DNA of 64,000 bases from assembly GCA_902497075.1 (NCBI GenBank), contig CABVDG010000003.1, forward strand, positions 10,674-74,673, in the 5' to 3' direction. The notes under the pieces were generated by a model. That model was given only the letters and a program-made list of their open reading frames with translations. It was not told where the DNA came from and did no database searches. Source of the stretch: an uncultured Collinsella sp. Lineage in GTDB: Bacteria; Actinomycetota; Coriobacteriia; Coriobacteriales; Coriobacteriaceae. The position numbers and the translations under genes were made by a program. Positions 53,068 through 63,842 of the stretch are shown here, in pieces (the first letter of the stretch is position 1; each line of letters opens with the position of its first letter).

Positions 53068-55101
53068 ATGATCCTCCTGGTCGACAAGATCGAAAAAAGC
53101 TTCGGCGCTCGCGTCCTCTTTAGCGGCGCTTCCTTCCAGATAAATCCCGGCGAACGCTTTGCGCTCGTGGGCCCCAATGGCGCCGGCAAAACTACCATGC
53201 TCAAGATCATCATGGGCATCGACAGCCCAGACGCTGGCCAGGTCCAGTACGCAAAGGACTGCCAGGTAGGCTATCTAGAGCAGGAAACCAACCTGGAGCA
53301 AAAGGACACCACCATCCTTGCCGAGGTCATGGCTGCCGCCAAGGAAATCCGCCGTATGGGTGAGCGCGCCAACGAGCTGCAGGCCCAGATCACCGAGCTC
53401 TCCGAGCAGGGCAAGGATGTCGACGCGCTCCTCAACGAGTACGGCCAGGTCCAGGACCGTTTTGAGCACCTGGGCGGCTACGAGCTCGAGAGCAACGCCC
53501 GCAAGATCCTGTCCGGCCTGGGCTTTAAAGTCACCGACTTTGAGCGCCCGTGCTCCGAGTTCTCGGGCGGCTGGCAGATGCGTATCGCGCTGGCAAAGCT
53601 CTTCCTGCGCCATCCCGACCTGCTGCTTCTGGACGAGCCCACCAACCACCTGGATCTCGAAAGCGTCCAGTGGCTGCGTGGCTTTATCGCCAACTACGAC
53701 GGCGCCGTCCTCATCGTCAGCCACGACCGTGCCTTCATGGACGCCTGCGTCGACCACGTAGCCGCGCTCGAGAACCGCCGCGTGACCACCTACACCGGCA
53801 ACTACAGCAGCTACCTTAAGCAGCGCGAGGACAACCTGGAGCAAATGCGCGCCAAGCGCGCCGCTCAGGAGCGCGACATCGCCCACATGCAGGTCTTCGT
53901 CGACAAGTTCCGCTACAAGCCCACCAAGGCCGCCCAGGCGCAGGAGCGCATCCGCAAGATCGAGCAGATCAAAAAGGAGCTTGTCATCCTGCCCGAGGGT
54001 CACAAGCACATCGACTTTAAGTTCCCCGACCCACCGCGCTCCGGCGACATGGTCGTAGGGCTCGAGGGCGTCTCCAAGTCCTACGGCGACAAGCATATCT
54101 ACAGTGACATCGACCTCAAACTCTACCGTGGTGAGCACGTGGCGCTCGTCGGCCCCAACGGCGCCGGCAAGTCCACCCTCATGAAGATCATCGCCGGCCT
54201 GGAGCCACCCACTACCGGCACGCGCGACCTGGGAACCAACGTGGGCGTGGCCTACTACGCCCAGCACGCACTCGAGGGCATGACCGAGTCCAATACCGTC
54301 CTGCAAGAGATCGACACCGTCACGCCCAAGTGGACCGTGCCGCAGCAGCGCAGCCTGCTGGGCGCCTTCCTGTTTAGCGACAACGATTCCATCGAAAAGC
54401 AGGTACGCGTCCTTTCCGGCGGCGAAAAGGCGCGTCTGGCCCTGGCTAAGATGCTCGTGGCCCCCGAGGCGCTCCTGTGCCTGGACGAACCCACCAACCA
54501 CCTGGACATCGACTCGGTGGACATGCTCGAGAACGCCCTGCAAAACTTCCCCGGCACCATCGTGCTGATCAGCCACGACGAGCACCTGGTACGCGCCGTG
54601 GCCAACCGCGTCATCGACATCCGCGATGGCAAGGTCACGGTCTACGACGGCGACTACGACTACTACCTCTACAAGCGCGAGGACCTCGCGGCCCGAGCCG
54701 CCGCCGAGGCGTCCACGGAGAGTGCGCCGGCCACGGCCAAGTCCGCCAAGGTCACTGCGGCCCAGCCCGATGCGCCCGCCGCCGCTTCCAAGCCTGCCGA
54801 AGGCAAAAAGACCAAGGAGCAAAAGCGCGCCGAGGCCCAAGCCCGCGCTGCGCTCAACAAAAAGCTCAAGGGCGTGCGCAACCAGCTCAAGAAGATCGAG
54901 ACGGAGCTCGACAAAAAGCGCGCCCGCTATGACGAGCTTATGGAATTGATGGCAAGCGAAGAGCTTTATGCCGATCAGGATAAGTTCAACGCCGCGCTGG
55001 GGGAATATAACGGCCTTAAGCAAGAGCTGCCCAAGCTCGAGGACGAATGGCTGGAGCTTTCCACCCAGATCGAAGAGGAGACTGCGCGTGAACTCTCGTA
55101 A
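53068..55101 (+). CDS. ABC-F family ATPase (Uup/EttA-like translation factor) with C-terminal coiled coil
   Basis: Two ABC cassettes (GPNGAGKTT and GPNGAGKST; LSGGW/LSGGE signatures), no TM domain, and a Lys/Glu-rich coiled-coil tail. Confidence 0.85.
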   Translation: MILLVDKIEKSFGARVLFSGASFQINPGERFALVGPNGAGKTTMLKIIMGIDSPDAGQVQYAKDCQVGYLEQETNLEQKDTTILAEVMAAAKEIRRMGERANELQAQITELSEQGKDVDALLNEYGQVQDRFEHLGGYELESNARKILSGLGFKVTDFERPCSEFSGGWQMRIALAKLFLRHPDLLLLDEPTNHLDLESVQWLRGFIANYDGAVLIVSHDRAFMDACVDHVAALENRRVTTYTGNYSSYLKQREDNLEQMRAKRAAQERDIAHMQVFVDKFRYKPTKAAQAQERIRKIEQIKKELVILPEGHKHIDFKFPDPPRSGDMVVGLEGVSKSYGDKHIYSDIDLKLYRGEHVALVGPNGAGKSTLMKIIAGLEPPTTGTRDLGTNVGVAYYAQHALEGMTESNTVLQEIDTVTPKWTVPQQRSLLGAFLFSDNDSIEKQVRVLSGGEKARLALAKMLVAPEALLCLDEPTNHLDIDSVDMLENALQNFPGTIVLISHDEHLVRAVANRVIDIRDGKVTVYDGDYDYYLYKREDLAARAAAEASTESAPATAKSAKVTAAQPDAPAAASKPAEGKKTKEQKRAEAQARAALNKKLKGVRNQLKKIETELDKKRARYDELMELMASEELYADQDKFNAALGEYNGLKQELPKLEDEWLELSTQIEEETARELS

Positions 55102-55117
55102 GGCCGCTGCCGTGGCG

Positions 55118-55384
55118 ATGAGCATCATCGCCATCGCCTGTCGCATCTGCGGCATCTTTATGAGCGCGATGACCGTGCTGCTGTGCTTTAGCGGCCTCAC
55201 CGCCAAGCTGCAGATCGTAGGCTTTGTCGTTGAGCTTTCGCGCGCACTGCCGAGCGCCATCGCCGGCTATGGCGTCATCACGTCGCCCTTTGGCGGCGTG
55301 TTCCGCCTGGATTACGCCATCGTTGCCGTAATTCTGTTTGTAGCCGACTACCTGCTTACGCGCGCCTCGCGCCGCGTCCGCTAG
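55118..55384 (+). CDS. small integral membrane protein (alternative GTG start 55088)
   Basis: Two or three hydrophobic segments. Any YggT-like resemblance is weak. Confidence 0.4.
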   Translation: MSIIAIACRICGIFMSAMTVLLCFSGLTAKLQIVGFVVELSRALPSAIAGYGVITSPFGGVFRLDYAIVAVILFVADYLLTRASRRVR

Positions 55385-55393
55385 GGGAGCGCC

Positions 55394-56077
55394 ATGTCCA
55401 GCAGCTACATCATGAACCTGCTCGCCAGCGCCGTCGCCGTCATCATAGGTATCGTGATCCACGAGAGCGCACACGCCGCGGCGGCCTGGGCACTCGGCGA
55501 TAAGACGGCCCGTTCGCGCGGCCGCGTGTCGCTCAACCCACTCAACCATATCGACCCGTTTGGCACCATCATCCTGCCGCTGCTCATGCTTGCCGCCGGC
55601 GGCCCGGTGTTCGCCTTCGCCAAGCCCGTGCCGGTCTACCTCAACAACCTCAAACACCCCAAGCGCGACGAGGTTCTGGTGAGCGTGGCCGGCCCCGCAT
55701 CGAACATCGTCCTCGCGTGCCTCGCGGCCGCCCTCATGCACGCGGCATATGGCAGCCTCTATACCGGCATGTCCTTTGCCCTGGCGTCGCAGATCATGAA
55801 CTTCGGCGCAACGTTTATCGTGGTCAACCTGTCACTCGCGTTCTTCAACCTCATCCCGATCCCGCCGCTCGATGGCTCGTCGATCATCGTGCCGTTCCTC
55901 AAAGGCAAGGCGCTCAACAACTACTACCACCTGCAGCAATACGCCATGCCCATCCTCATCATTGTGCTGTATCTGCTGCCCATGTGGACCGGCATCGACG
56001 TGATCGGCCGCTATTTCGACGTTACCGTGTATCCGCTTGCTGAGCAGCTGCTCAACTTCGCAATCGCCGGCATCTAA
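55394..56077 (+). CDS. site-2 protease family (M50) membrane metalloprotease
   Basis: HESAHAAAA (HExxH) and the SLNPLNHIDPFGT motif, in a multi-TM protein. Confidence 0.8.
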   Translation: MSSSYIMNLLASAVAVIIGIVIHESAHAAAAWALGDKTARSRGRVSLNPLNHIDPFGTIILPLLMLAAGGPVFAFAKPVPVYLNNLKHPKRDEVLVSVAGPASNIVLACLAAALMHAAYGSLYTGMSFALASQIMNFGATFIVVNLSLAFFNLIPIPPLDGSSIIVPFLKGKALNNYYHLQQYAMPILIIVLYLLPMWTGIDVIGRYFDVTVYPLAEQLLNFAIAGI

Positions 56078-56161
56078 GGTAAACTTACAGGTCGACCGTG
56101 CATAACGGTCGTGATATGCACCCAAACCGCGCCGCGAAGGCGCCGTCAAAGGAGGTCGAAG

Positions 56162-56974
56162 ATGTCGTATCGCGTGTCGACGCAGGTCTACAGCGGACCT
56201 TTCGACCTGCTGCTGCAGCTGGTAACCCGCCAAAAAGTAGATATCGGCGCCATCTCCATCAGCGAGGTGGCCGAACAGTACCTTGCCGAGGCCGAGCGCA
56301 TCGAGGCGCTGGACCTGGACGTGGCGAGCGACTTTCTGCTGGTCGCGGCAACCCTTCTGGACATCAAGGCCGCCTCTCTGGTGCCGCAGGAGGCCCCGAG
56401 CAAAGTCAATGACGACGATGACGAGTTCGACGAAGACCTCGAGGAACTCAGCGCGCTCGACGGCGATGCCCTGCGCGAGGTCCTGATTCAACGCCTGATC
56501 GCCTACAAGCAGTTTAAGGGCGCGGCGGCAGCCCTTGGCGCGCGGATGCAGGCCGAGAGCCGCATGCATCCGCGCGTGGCCGGCCCCGACCCCGAGTTCC
56601 TGGGCCTTATGCCCGACTACCTGGCCGGCATCACCCTGCGCGGCCTCGCCGTCATCTGTGCCGACCTGGACGGCAAGCGCCAGACCTTCCTGCTGGAGGC
56701 CGAGCACGTGGCGCCGCATCGCGTGCCGCTCGATCTGACCGTAGCCTCGGTCGACCGCTTTACCATGGCGCACCAAACTTGCACCTTCCGCGAGCTGTTG
56801 GACGGCGACGCCACCACCGAGCAGCTCGTCGTCACCTTCCTGGCCATGCTTGAGCTTGCCAAGCGCGGCTCGCTCACGCTGAGCCAGGACGAGATCTTCG
56901 GAACCATCTGCATCAACCGCGTCGAGGGCTCCGAGGCATACGTGCCCGGCGAGGGCCCCGAGCTCACCGAATAG
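56162..56974 (+). CDS. scpA: segregation and condensation protein A
   Basis: YSGPFDLLLQLVTRQKVDIGAISISEV. AGGAGG SD before ATG 56162. Followed by scpB. Confidence 0.85.
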   Translation: MSYRVSTQVYSGPFDLLLQLVTRQKVDIGAISISEVAEQYLAEAERIEALDLDVASDFLLVAATLLDIKAASLVPQEAPSKVNDDDDEFDEDLEELSALDGDALREVLIQRLIAYKQFKGAAAALGARMQAESRMHPRVAGPDPEFLGLMPDYLAGITLRGLAVICADLDGKRQTFLLEAEHVAPHRVPLDLTVASVDRFTMAHQTCTFRELLDGDATTEQLVVTFLAMLELAKRGSLTLSQDEIFGTICINRVEGSEAYVPGEGPELTE

Positions 56975-56985
56975 GAGCCGCAACC

Positions 56986-57714
56986 ATGTCAACCCTTTCC
57001 ACGCTGGAGGCAAACAGCCTCAAAGGCGCCCTTGAGGCGCTGCTGCTGGTGTCGAGCGACCCCGTGAGCGCACCCGCGCTGGCAGGTGCGCTGGATATCG
57101 CCCCGGGCGAGTGCGCATCGCTGCTCGCCGAGCTCAAGGTTGAGTACGAGGAGGCCAACCGCGGCTTTCAGCTGCGCGAGGTCGCCGGCGGCTGGCGCCT
57201 GTTTACGCATCCCGCCTACCACGACGTGGTCGAGGCCTACGTGCTGAGCTGGGACACGCAAAAGCTGTCGCAGGCGGCGCTCGAAACCCTGGCCGTCATC
57301 GCATACCACCAGCCTGTGACGCGCGAGGTGGTGAAGGGCATCCGCGGCGTCAACTCCGACGGCGTCATCGCGTCGCTCGTGGACAAGGGCCTGGTGCGCG
57401 AGCTCGGCCGCGATCCCCAGCGCGGTCAGGCCATCATTTACGGCACGACCAACGCCTTCTTGGAAAAGTTCGGTCTGCGCTCAACCCGCGACCTGCCCGA
57501 CCTGGAGCAGTTTGCCCCCGACGAGCAATCGCGTCAGTTTATCCGCGAGCGCCTGAGCGGCCGCAGCATTCAGTCCACGCTCGAGGAGCAGGCCGATGAC
57601 CTGGACGAAGAGCGCGAACTGCTCGATACCGATGTTGAAGATGTTGAGGCAGTCGAGGACTTGGAAACCCTGGTCGTCGACAAGACCTCGGAGGATTTGC
57701 ATGACGAGGACTAA
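56986..57714 (+). CDS. scpB: segregation and condensation protein B
   Basis: LKGALEALLLVSSDPVS and a winged-helix repeat pattern. Confidence 0.85.
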   Translation: MSTLSTLEANSLKGALEALLLVSSDPVSAPALAGALDIAPGECASLLAELKVEYEEANRGFQLREVAGGWRLFTHPAYHDVVEAYVLSWDTQKLSQAALETLAVIAYHQPVTREVVKGIRGVNSDGVIASLVDKGLVRELGRDPQRGQAIIYGTTNAFLEKFGLRSTRDLPDLEQFAPDEQSRQFIRERLSGRSIQSTLEEQADDLDEERELLDTDVEDVEAVEDLETLVVDKTSEDLHDED

Positions 57715-57736
57715 CGAAGTAGGGGAGACGCGCGCC

Positions 57737-58666
57737 ATGGGTAACGCAGTACCCGCCACCGACGCCCAGCCCGTCTATCCGCACACCATGCGCCTGCAGC
57801 GCTTTTTGGCGCGCGCGGGCGTGGCGAGCCGCCGTGGCTCGGAGGACCTAATGACCGCCGGCCGCGTGACCGTCAACGGCGAGGTCGCGACCGAGCTGGG
57901 CACCAAGGTCGATGTCGACCACGATCACATCGAGGTCGACGGCATGCCCGTCAAGCTCAACCAGGGCGCCGTGTACTTGATGCTCTACAAGCCGACCGGC
58001 TACCTCACCACCATGAGCGACCCGCAGGAGCGCCCTTGCGTGGCCGACCTGGTCCCGCGCGACCGCTTTCCGGGCCTGTTTCCAGTGGGTCGCCTGGACC
58101 GCGACACCACGGGCCTTTTGCTCTTTACCACCGACGGCGACCTGTCGCAGGATCTGCTGCACCCCAGCAAGCACGTCTACAAGACCTACCAGGCGCTCGT
58201 GGACGGACGGCTGTCCGACCGCGACTTGGAACCACTCCGCAGCGGCATCGAGCTCGACGACGGCCTGTGCCAGCCGGCGTTCTGCCGCGTCATCAACGCG
58301 CGCGAGGCCGAGGCTGTGGCACCGCAAGGCGTCAAGCCCGGTACCACCGCCGTGGAGGTCATCATCCGCGAGGGTCGCAAGAACCAGGTCAAGCGCATGC
58401 TGAGCAAGATCCACCATCCGGTAATCCGCCTGCACCGCTGCAACTTTGCCGGCCTTGAGCTCGAGGGCGTGGCCAAGGGCTCATGGCGCGAGCTCACCGA
58501 CCGCGAGGTGCAGATCCTTAAAAGCGGCGGCATCCCGCCCAAGCAGGCGAGCGCCAAGCGCAACGGCGGCAAGCCCCAAGATACGCCCGCCAGCCGCACG
58601 CGTCACCACGGCAGCCACGGCTCCGCACCCAAGCGCAACACCTACCGCGAGCGCTACACAGGCTAG
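57737..58666 (+). CDS. rluB: pseudouridine synthase, RsuA/RluB family (start uncertain: 57701, 57737 or 57785)
   Basis: S4 domain RLQRFLARAGVASRRGSEDLMTAGRVTVNG, catalytic GRLDRDTTGLLLFTTDG, and a basic C-terminal tail. Confidence 0.85.
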   Translation: MGNAVPATDAQPVYPHTMRLQRFLARAGVASRRGSEDLMTAGRVTVNGEVATELGTKVDVDHDHIEVDGMPVKLNQGAVYLMLYKPTGYLTTMSDPQERPCVADLVPRDRFPGLFPVGRLDRDTTGLLLFTTDGDLSQDLLHPSKHVYKTYQALVDGRLSDRDLEPLRSGIELDDGLCQPAFCRVINAREAEAVAPQGVKPGTTAVEVIIREGRKNQVKRMLSKIHHPVIRLHRCNFAGLELEGVAKGSWRELTDREVQILKSGGIPPKQASAKRNGGKPQDTPASRTRHHGSHGSAPKRNTYRERYTG

Positions 58667-58731
58667 GCAACCCGCCGCGCCCCAGCGCCCCGAACCATAC
58701 CAGCACGTCAACCATCGAAAGGAAGCATTGC

Positions 58732-59418
58732 ATGATCGTCGCCATCGACGGCCCCGCCGGTTCCGGCAAATCCACCATCGCCAAGGAGATCGCCCGCCAG
58801 CTGGGCTTTAACAAGCTCGACACGGGCGCCATGTATCGCGCCGTCACGTTCGCCGCGCTCGACCGCGGCATCGACCTGGACGACGAGGCGGCCATCGACG
58901 CCCTCGCCGAGCAGATCGAGATTCGCTTTACCAACGGCACCGGCGAGGACACGCGCCTGACCATTGACGGCCAGGACGCTTCGGCCGCCATCCGTACCCC
59001 GCAGGTCGACGCCAACGTATCCAAGGTCTCGGCCTACCCGGGCGTGCGCGCCGCCATGCTCATTCACCAGCGCCGCGCCGCCGAGGACCGCGATATCGTG
59101 GCCGAGGGTCGCGACATCGGTACCGTCGTATTCCCCAACGCGCAAGTAAAGGTCTTCCTGACCGCTGACCCGCGCGAGCGCGCCCGCCGCCGCGTGCTGC
59201 AGCGTCACCAAAACGACGCCCAGCCGCTTACTGCCGAGCAGCTCGAGGCCGAGGTCGACGAGACTCTCGACGCCCTTAAGCAGCGCGACAAGCTTGACAG
59301 CAGCCGCGAGGTCGCGCCGCTCGTGCCCGCCGAGGACGCCGTGCACGTTGACTCCACCGCCCATACCATCGACGAGGTCGTCCGCATTATCGAGGACCTC
59401 ATCAACCAAAGGAGGTAG
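58732..59418 (+). CDS. cmk: cytidylate kinase
   Basis: IAIDGPAGSGKSTIAK P-loop and typical length. Confidence 0.9.
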   Translation: MIVAIDGPAGSGKSTIAKEIARQLGFNKLDTGAMYRAVTFAALDRGIDLDDEAAIDALAEQIEIRFTNGTGEDTRLTIDGQDASAAIRTPQVDANVSKVSAYPGVRAAMLIHQRRAAEDRDIVAEGRDIGTVVFPNAQVKVFLTADPRERARRRVLQRHQNDAQPLTAEQLEAEVDETLDALKQRDKLDSSREVAPLVPAEDAVHVDSTAHTIDEVVRIIEDLINQRR

Positions 59419-59421
59419 CCC

Positions 59422-60150
59422 ATGCGCCTGTTTAAGCAGACGCCCGAGGACTATTACAACGCCCCCTATGCCGAGTTCCCGGCGCTCATCCGCGGCACCG
59501 TCGTCGTGGTCATGGCCATCCTGCGGGCCTTCTCCAAGCTCATGTGGCGCTGGAAGGTCGAGGACGCTGACCTGCTGTTTGAGCGCCAGGACGGACGCGG
59601 CAGCGTGGTCATCTGCAACCACACCTCGATGGCCGAGCTCTTGGCCGTGGAGACGGCGCTGTTCTTTGGCGGCCGCCGCATCCGCCCCATCTTTAAGTCC
59701 GAGTTCGCCAAGAGCAAGATCGTACGCTGGGCCTTTAGCCGCGTGGGCGGCATTCCCGTGGAGCGCGGCACCGCCGACATGAAGTGCCTGCGCGCCGCCC
59801 AGCATGCGCTGCAGCGCGGCGAGGACGTCCTGATCTTCCCCGAGGGCACGCGCATCCGCTCGCGCGAGATCAAGCCCGAGGTCCATGGCGGTTTTGCGCT
59901 CATCGCTCAGATGGGCAAGGCGCCCGTCAACCCACTTGCCATCTGTGGCTGGTCCGACATCACGCCCACGGGCAAAAAGCTCATGCGTCCCAAGAAGTGC
60001 TGGATTCGTGCCGGCAAGGCCGTCTCGCTTTCGGACGCGCCGGCCGGACTTAAGCGTACGGAGCGCCTGGCCTGGTTTGAGTCCGAGGCCATGAACCGCG
60101 TCTACGCCATGCGAGACGAGCTGTGCGCCGAGCATCCGGGCAGGTTCTAG
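59422..60150 (+). CDS. plsC: 1-acyl-sn-glycerol-3-phosphate acyltransferase
   Basis: CNHTSMAE (an NHxxxxD/E-type motif) and FPEGTR motifs. Confidence 0.8.
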   Translation: MRLFKQTPEDYYNAPYAEFPALIRGTVVVVMAILRAFSKLMWRWKVEDADLLFERQDGRGSVVICNHTSMAELLAVETALFFGGRRIRPIFKSEFAKSKIVRWAFSRVGGIPVERGTADMKCLRAAQHALQRGEDVLIFPEGTRIRSREIKPEVHGGFALIAQMGKAPVNPLAICGWSDITPTGKKLMRPKKCWIRAGKAVSLSDAPAGLKRTERLAWFESEAMNRVYAMRDELCAEHPGRF

Positions 60151-60152
60151 CC

Positions 60153-61052
60153 ATGAGCGAGAACGTGACGAACACAGCCGCGACTGCGTCCGACCAGGAC
60201 GGCGCGCCTACCATCGAGATCGCCGCCCACGCCGGCACTTGCTACGGCGTACAGCGTGCACTCGATATGGCATTGGCGGCCGCCCCGCAGGCGGAGGAGA
60301 ACGCTCGGGTCCACACCCTGGGTCCGCTCATCCATAACCCCATCGTGGTACGCGAGCTCACCGAGGCAGGCGTCGGTCTGGCCGACACCTTGGACGGCAC
60401 CACGTCGGGCACTGTGATCATCCGCGCCCACGGCGTGGTGCCGCAGGTCATTGATGCCGCTCGCGAGCGTGGCCTTAACGTCGTTGACGCCACCTGCCCC
60501 TACGTGAAGAAGGTCCACGTGGCGGCCGAGCGCCTGGTGCGCGAGGGCTACCGCGTGATCGTCGTGGGCGAGCCGGGCCACCCCGAAGTCGAGGGCATCC
60601 TGGGCCACGCCGGCGATGACGCGCAGGTCGTGAGCTGCGCTGCCGATGCGGATGCGCTGCCGCTCAAGGGCAAGGTGGGCCTCGTTGTACAGACCACCCA
60701 GACCGCGCAGAACTTGGCTGAGGTCGTAGCTGCCATCACCCCGCGTGTGCAGGAACTGCGCGTGATCAACACCATCTGCGCCGCTACGAGCGAGCGCCAG
60801 CAGGCCGCCGCCGCACTTGCCAACCGCTGCGACTGCATGGTCGTCGTGGGCGGCAAAAACTCCGGCAACACGCGCCGTCTGGCGCAGATCTGCGCTGACG
60901 CCTGCGAGCGCACGTATCACATCGAGGAAGCTTCTGAGCTCCAAGCCGCGTGGTTTACCGAAGCTCACCACATCGGCATCACCGCCGGAGCCTCCACCCC
61001 GCAAGAACACATCGAGCGCGCCGTCGAGCGCATCAAGGAGCTTTGTCGCTAA
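60153..61052 (+). CDS. ispH: 4-hydroxy-3-methylbut-2-enyl diphosphate reductase
   Basis: Motifs GTCYGVQRAL, GPLIHNP, DATCPYV and VVGGKNSGNTRRL. Confidence 0.9.
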   Translation: MSENVTNTAATASDQDGAPTIEIAAHAGTCYGVQRALDMALAAAPQAEENARVHTLGPLIHNPIVVRELTEAGVGLADTLDGTTSGTVIIRAHGVVPQVIDAARERGLNVVDATCPYVKKVHVAAERLVREGYRVIVVGEPGHPEVEGILGHAGDDAQVVSCAADADALPLKGKVGLVVQTTQTAQNLAEVVAAITPRVQELRVINTICAATSERQQAAAALANRCDCMVVVGGKNSGNTRRLAQICADACERTYHIEEASELQAAWFTEAHHIGITAGASTPQEHIERAVERIKELCR

Positions 61053-61054
61053 CC

Positions 61055-62497
61055 ATGGACCAGACCGTACCCGCATACGCCGCCGAGGTGGCCGATTACG
61101 GGCGCAGCCGCGACCCCGAGCCGGGTGAGGGCGCGCTCGTCAAGAACGTGCGTCCCGAATCGCCCGCGTGGGATGTGGGTATCGAGCCGGGCATGCGCGT
61201 GCTCACGGTCAACGGTGAGCAGCTTACCGACATGATTGTGTGGCTCTGGGAGGCCGACGATGATACCGTCGACCTCGAGGTTTTCGACCCACGCGACAAC
61301 AGCGTCACCCCCGTCGAGCTCGACCGCTTCCCGGGAGAGGACTGGGGCCTTGAATTCGATGGTCCCATCTTCGACGGCATGCGCACCTGCGTAAACGCCT
61401 GCGTGTTCTGCTTTATGACCATGCTGCCCAAGGGCGGCCGTTCAACGCTCTATATTCGCGACGACGACTATCGCCTAAGCTTTTTGCAGGGCAACTTCGT
61501 CACGCTCACGAACCTCACCGACGAAGATGTTCAAAACGTCATCCAGCGCAACATGAGTCCCATGAACGTGTCGGTCCACGCTGTGAGCCCCGACGTCCGC
61601 CGTCGTATGATGGGCCGTAACGCCCAGCGAGGCATGGACGTACTCGAGACCATCATGGCCGCCGGCATCGAGATTCACGCGCAGATCGTGTTGTGCCCCG
61701 GCATGAACGACGGCGAGGAGCTGGAAAAGACCCTACGCTTTTGCGAGGAGCACGAGCAAATCACAAGCCTGGGCATTGTGCCGCTCGGCTTTACCAAGCA
61801 TCAGAACCGTTTTAGCTGGTCCTACAGCGACAAGCCCGAGCTAGCGCGCGAGACCATTGCCATGATCCGTCCCTACCAGGATCGTGCCTACGAACGCTTT
61901 GGCCGCCACACCTTCCAGATGAGCGACGAGTTCTATCTGGACGCCGGCATCGATCCTCCCGAGGCAGACTTTTACGACGGCTATCCGCAGTACTACGACG
62001 GCATCGGCATGATCCGCTCGTATCTGGACGAGACCGACGACGTGCTTGCCGCCGATACCGAGCGTCTGGCCCGCGTCCGCGAGGCCATCGCCGCCCGCAG
62101 CCAGCACCTGCTGTGCCTCTCGGGCGCCAGCGCACGCGACACGGTGGCCCGCTTTGTGGAGTCGCCCCAGGGACTCGCCGGCACCGTCACGGCCATCAAG
62201 AACCGCTACTTTGGCGGCAACGTGGACGTGACCGGCCTCATCGTCGCGTGTGACATTCTGGAGCAGCTGCCCCAAGACCTGTCGGGGGTTATGCTCTTTG
62301 TGCCTAAGCTCATGTTCAACGCTGACGGCATGACGCTTGACGAGTATCATCGTGACGATTTACTCGCAAGCCTTACCAGTCGCGGCGCCGAGGTTCATGT
62401 GGTATCGACCATGCCGCATGAGCTGCTCGATACCCTGGAGCACATCCTTGGCATTGTACTTGCCGACTCTACTAATTCCACTGACCCTACCCATTAA
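61055..62497 (+). CDS. PDZ + radical-SAM-like + DUF512 protein
   Basis: PDZ-like GALVKNVRPESPAWDVGIEPGMRVLTVNG and a CxxxCxxC cluster CVNACVFC, followed by TLYIRDDDYRLSFLQGNFVTLTNL. Confidence 0.75.
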   Translation: MDQTVPAYAAEVADYGRSRDPEPGEGALVKNVRPESPAWDVGIEPGMRVLTVNGEQLTDMIVWLWEADDDTVDLEVFDPRDNSVTPVELDRFPGEDWGLEFDGPIFDGMRTCVNACVFCFMTMLPKGGRSTLYIRDDDYRLSFLQGNFVTLTNLTDEDVQNVIQRNMSPMNVSVHAVSPDVRRRMMGRNAQRGMDVLETIMAAGIEIHAQIVLCPGMNDGEELEKTLRFCEEHEQITSLGIVPLGFTKHQNRFSWSYSDKPELARETIAMIRPYQDRAYERFGRHTFQMSDEFYLDAGIDPPEADFYDGYPQYYDGIGMIRSYLDETDDVLAADTERLARVREAIAARSQHLLCLSGASARDTVARFVESPQGLAGTVTAIKNRYFGGNVDVTGLIVACDILEQLPQDLSGVMLFVPKLMFNADGMTLDEYHRDDLLASLTSRGAEVHVVSTMPHELLDTLEHILGIVLADSTNSTDPTH

Positions 62498-62507
62498 AGG
62501 AGAGCAG

Positions 62508-63842
62508 ATGAAACCTATCGTCGCCGTCGTCGGACGCCCCAACGTGGGCAAGTCCACGCTCGTTAACCGCCTGGCCCAGACCTCGGACGCCATCGTCCAC
62601 GAGTCCCGCGGCGTCACGCGCGACCGCTCGTATCACACGGCCGATTGGAACGGTCGTGAGTTCACCATCGTCGACACGGGCGGTATCGAGCCACTCAAGA
62701 GCGACGATGTCTTTGCCACGTCCATCCGCGACCAGGCACTCGCCGCCGCCGAGGAAGCCGCCGTCATCCTGTTTGTGGTCGACGGCCGCACCGGCGTCAC
62801 CGAGGAGGACGAGTCGGTCGCTCGCATGCTCAAGCGCTGCGACAAGCCGGTCTTTCTGCTGGTAAACAAGCTCGACAACCCCGAACGCGAGAACGACAGC
62901 ATCTGGGAGTTCTATTCGCTCGGCATCGGTGAGCCCACGCCCCTCTCGGCCCTGCATGGCCACGGCACGGGCGACCTGCTCGACGATATCGTGGCCCTGC
63001 TTCCGGAGGAAGAGGACGAGGTCGCCGATGAGTTCCCCGACGCCCTGAACGTCGCCATCATCGGCCGCCCCAATGCCGGCAAGTCGTCGCTGTTCAACCG
63101 CATCCTGGGCGCCGACCGCTCCATCGTCTCGAACATCGCCGGCACCACGCGCGACGCCATCGACACGGTCGTCGAGCGCAACGGCAAGCACTACCGCATG
63201 GTTGACACCGCTGGTATTCGCAAGAAGAGCACCGTGTACGAGAATATCGAGTACTACTCCATGGTCCGCGGCCTGCGCGCCATCGATCGCGCCGACGTGG
63301 CGCTGCTCGTCGTCGACGCCTCCGTGGGCGTTACCGAGCAGGACCAGAAGGTCATGGGCTTGGCCATCGAGCGCGGCTGCGCCATCGTCGTGCTGCTCAA
63401 CAAGTGGGACCTGCTCGACGACGACCGCAAGCGCGAGGCCTGCATGGAGACCGTCGACCGCCGTCTGGGCGTTATGGCTCCCTGGGCCCAGTACCTGCGC
63501 ATCTCTGCCCTCACTGGCCGCAGCGTCGAGAAGATCTGGGCGATGGTCGACGCCGCCGAAAAGACGCGCTCGCAGAAGATCAGCACCTCGCGCCTCAACA
63601 CGTTCCTCACCGACCTGCGCGAGTTCGGTCATACCGTGGTGGACGGCAAGCGCCGCCTGCGCATGCACTACGTGACCCAGACGGGCGTCAACCCGCCGAC
63701 GTTCACGTTCTTCGTCAACCATAGCGACCTGGTCAACGACACCTACCAGCGCTACGTGGAGAACCGCATGCGCTCGACTTTCGATTTTGCCGGCACGCCC
63801 ATTCGACTCTTCTTTAGGAAGAAGGAACAAAAGGATGCATAA
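62508..63842 (+). CDS. der: ribosome-associated GTPase Der/EngA
   Basis: Two G domains (GRPNVGKSTL and GRPNAGKSSL) and a KH-like C-terminus. SD AAAGGAGAG. Confidence 0.9.
   Translation: MKPIVAVVGRPNVGKSTLVNRLAQTSDAIVHESRGVTRDRSYHTADWNGREFTIVDTGGIEPLKSDDVFATSIRDQALAAAEEAAVILFVVDGRTGVTEEDESVARMLKRCDKPVFLLVNKLDNPERENDSIWEFYSLGIGEPTPLSALHGHGTGDLLDDIVALLPEEEDEVADEFPDALNVAIIGRPNAGKSSLFNRILGADRSIVSNIAGTTRDAIDTVVERNGKHYRMVDTAGIRKKSTVYENIEYYSMVRGLRAIDRADVALLVVDASVGVTEQDQKVMGLAIERGCAIVVLLNKWDLLDDDRKREACMETVDRRLGVMAPWAQYLRISALTGRSVEKIWAMVDAAEKTRSQKISTSRLNTFLTDLREFGHTVVDGKRRLRMHYVTQTGVNPPTFTFFVNHSDLVNDTYQRYVENRMRSTFDFAGTPIRLFFRKKEQKDA

Noticed and set aside
51566-53219. ORFs 51566-51973(-), 51895-52182(-), 52595-52870(-) and 52614-53219(-).
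   Set aside because: They overlap tRNA genes, promoters and terminators, and their apparent similarity to each other comes from the duplicated tRNA-Ala module rather than from coding conservation.
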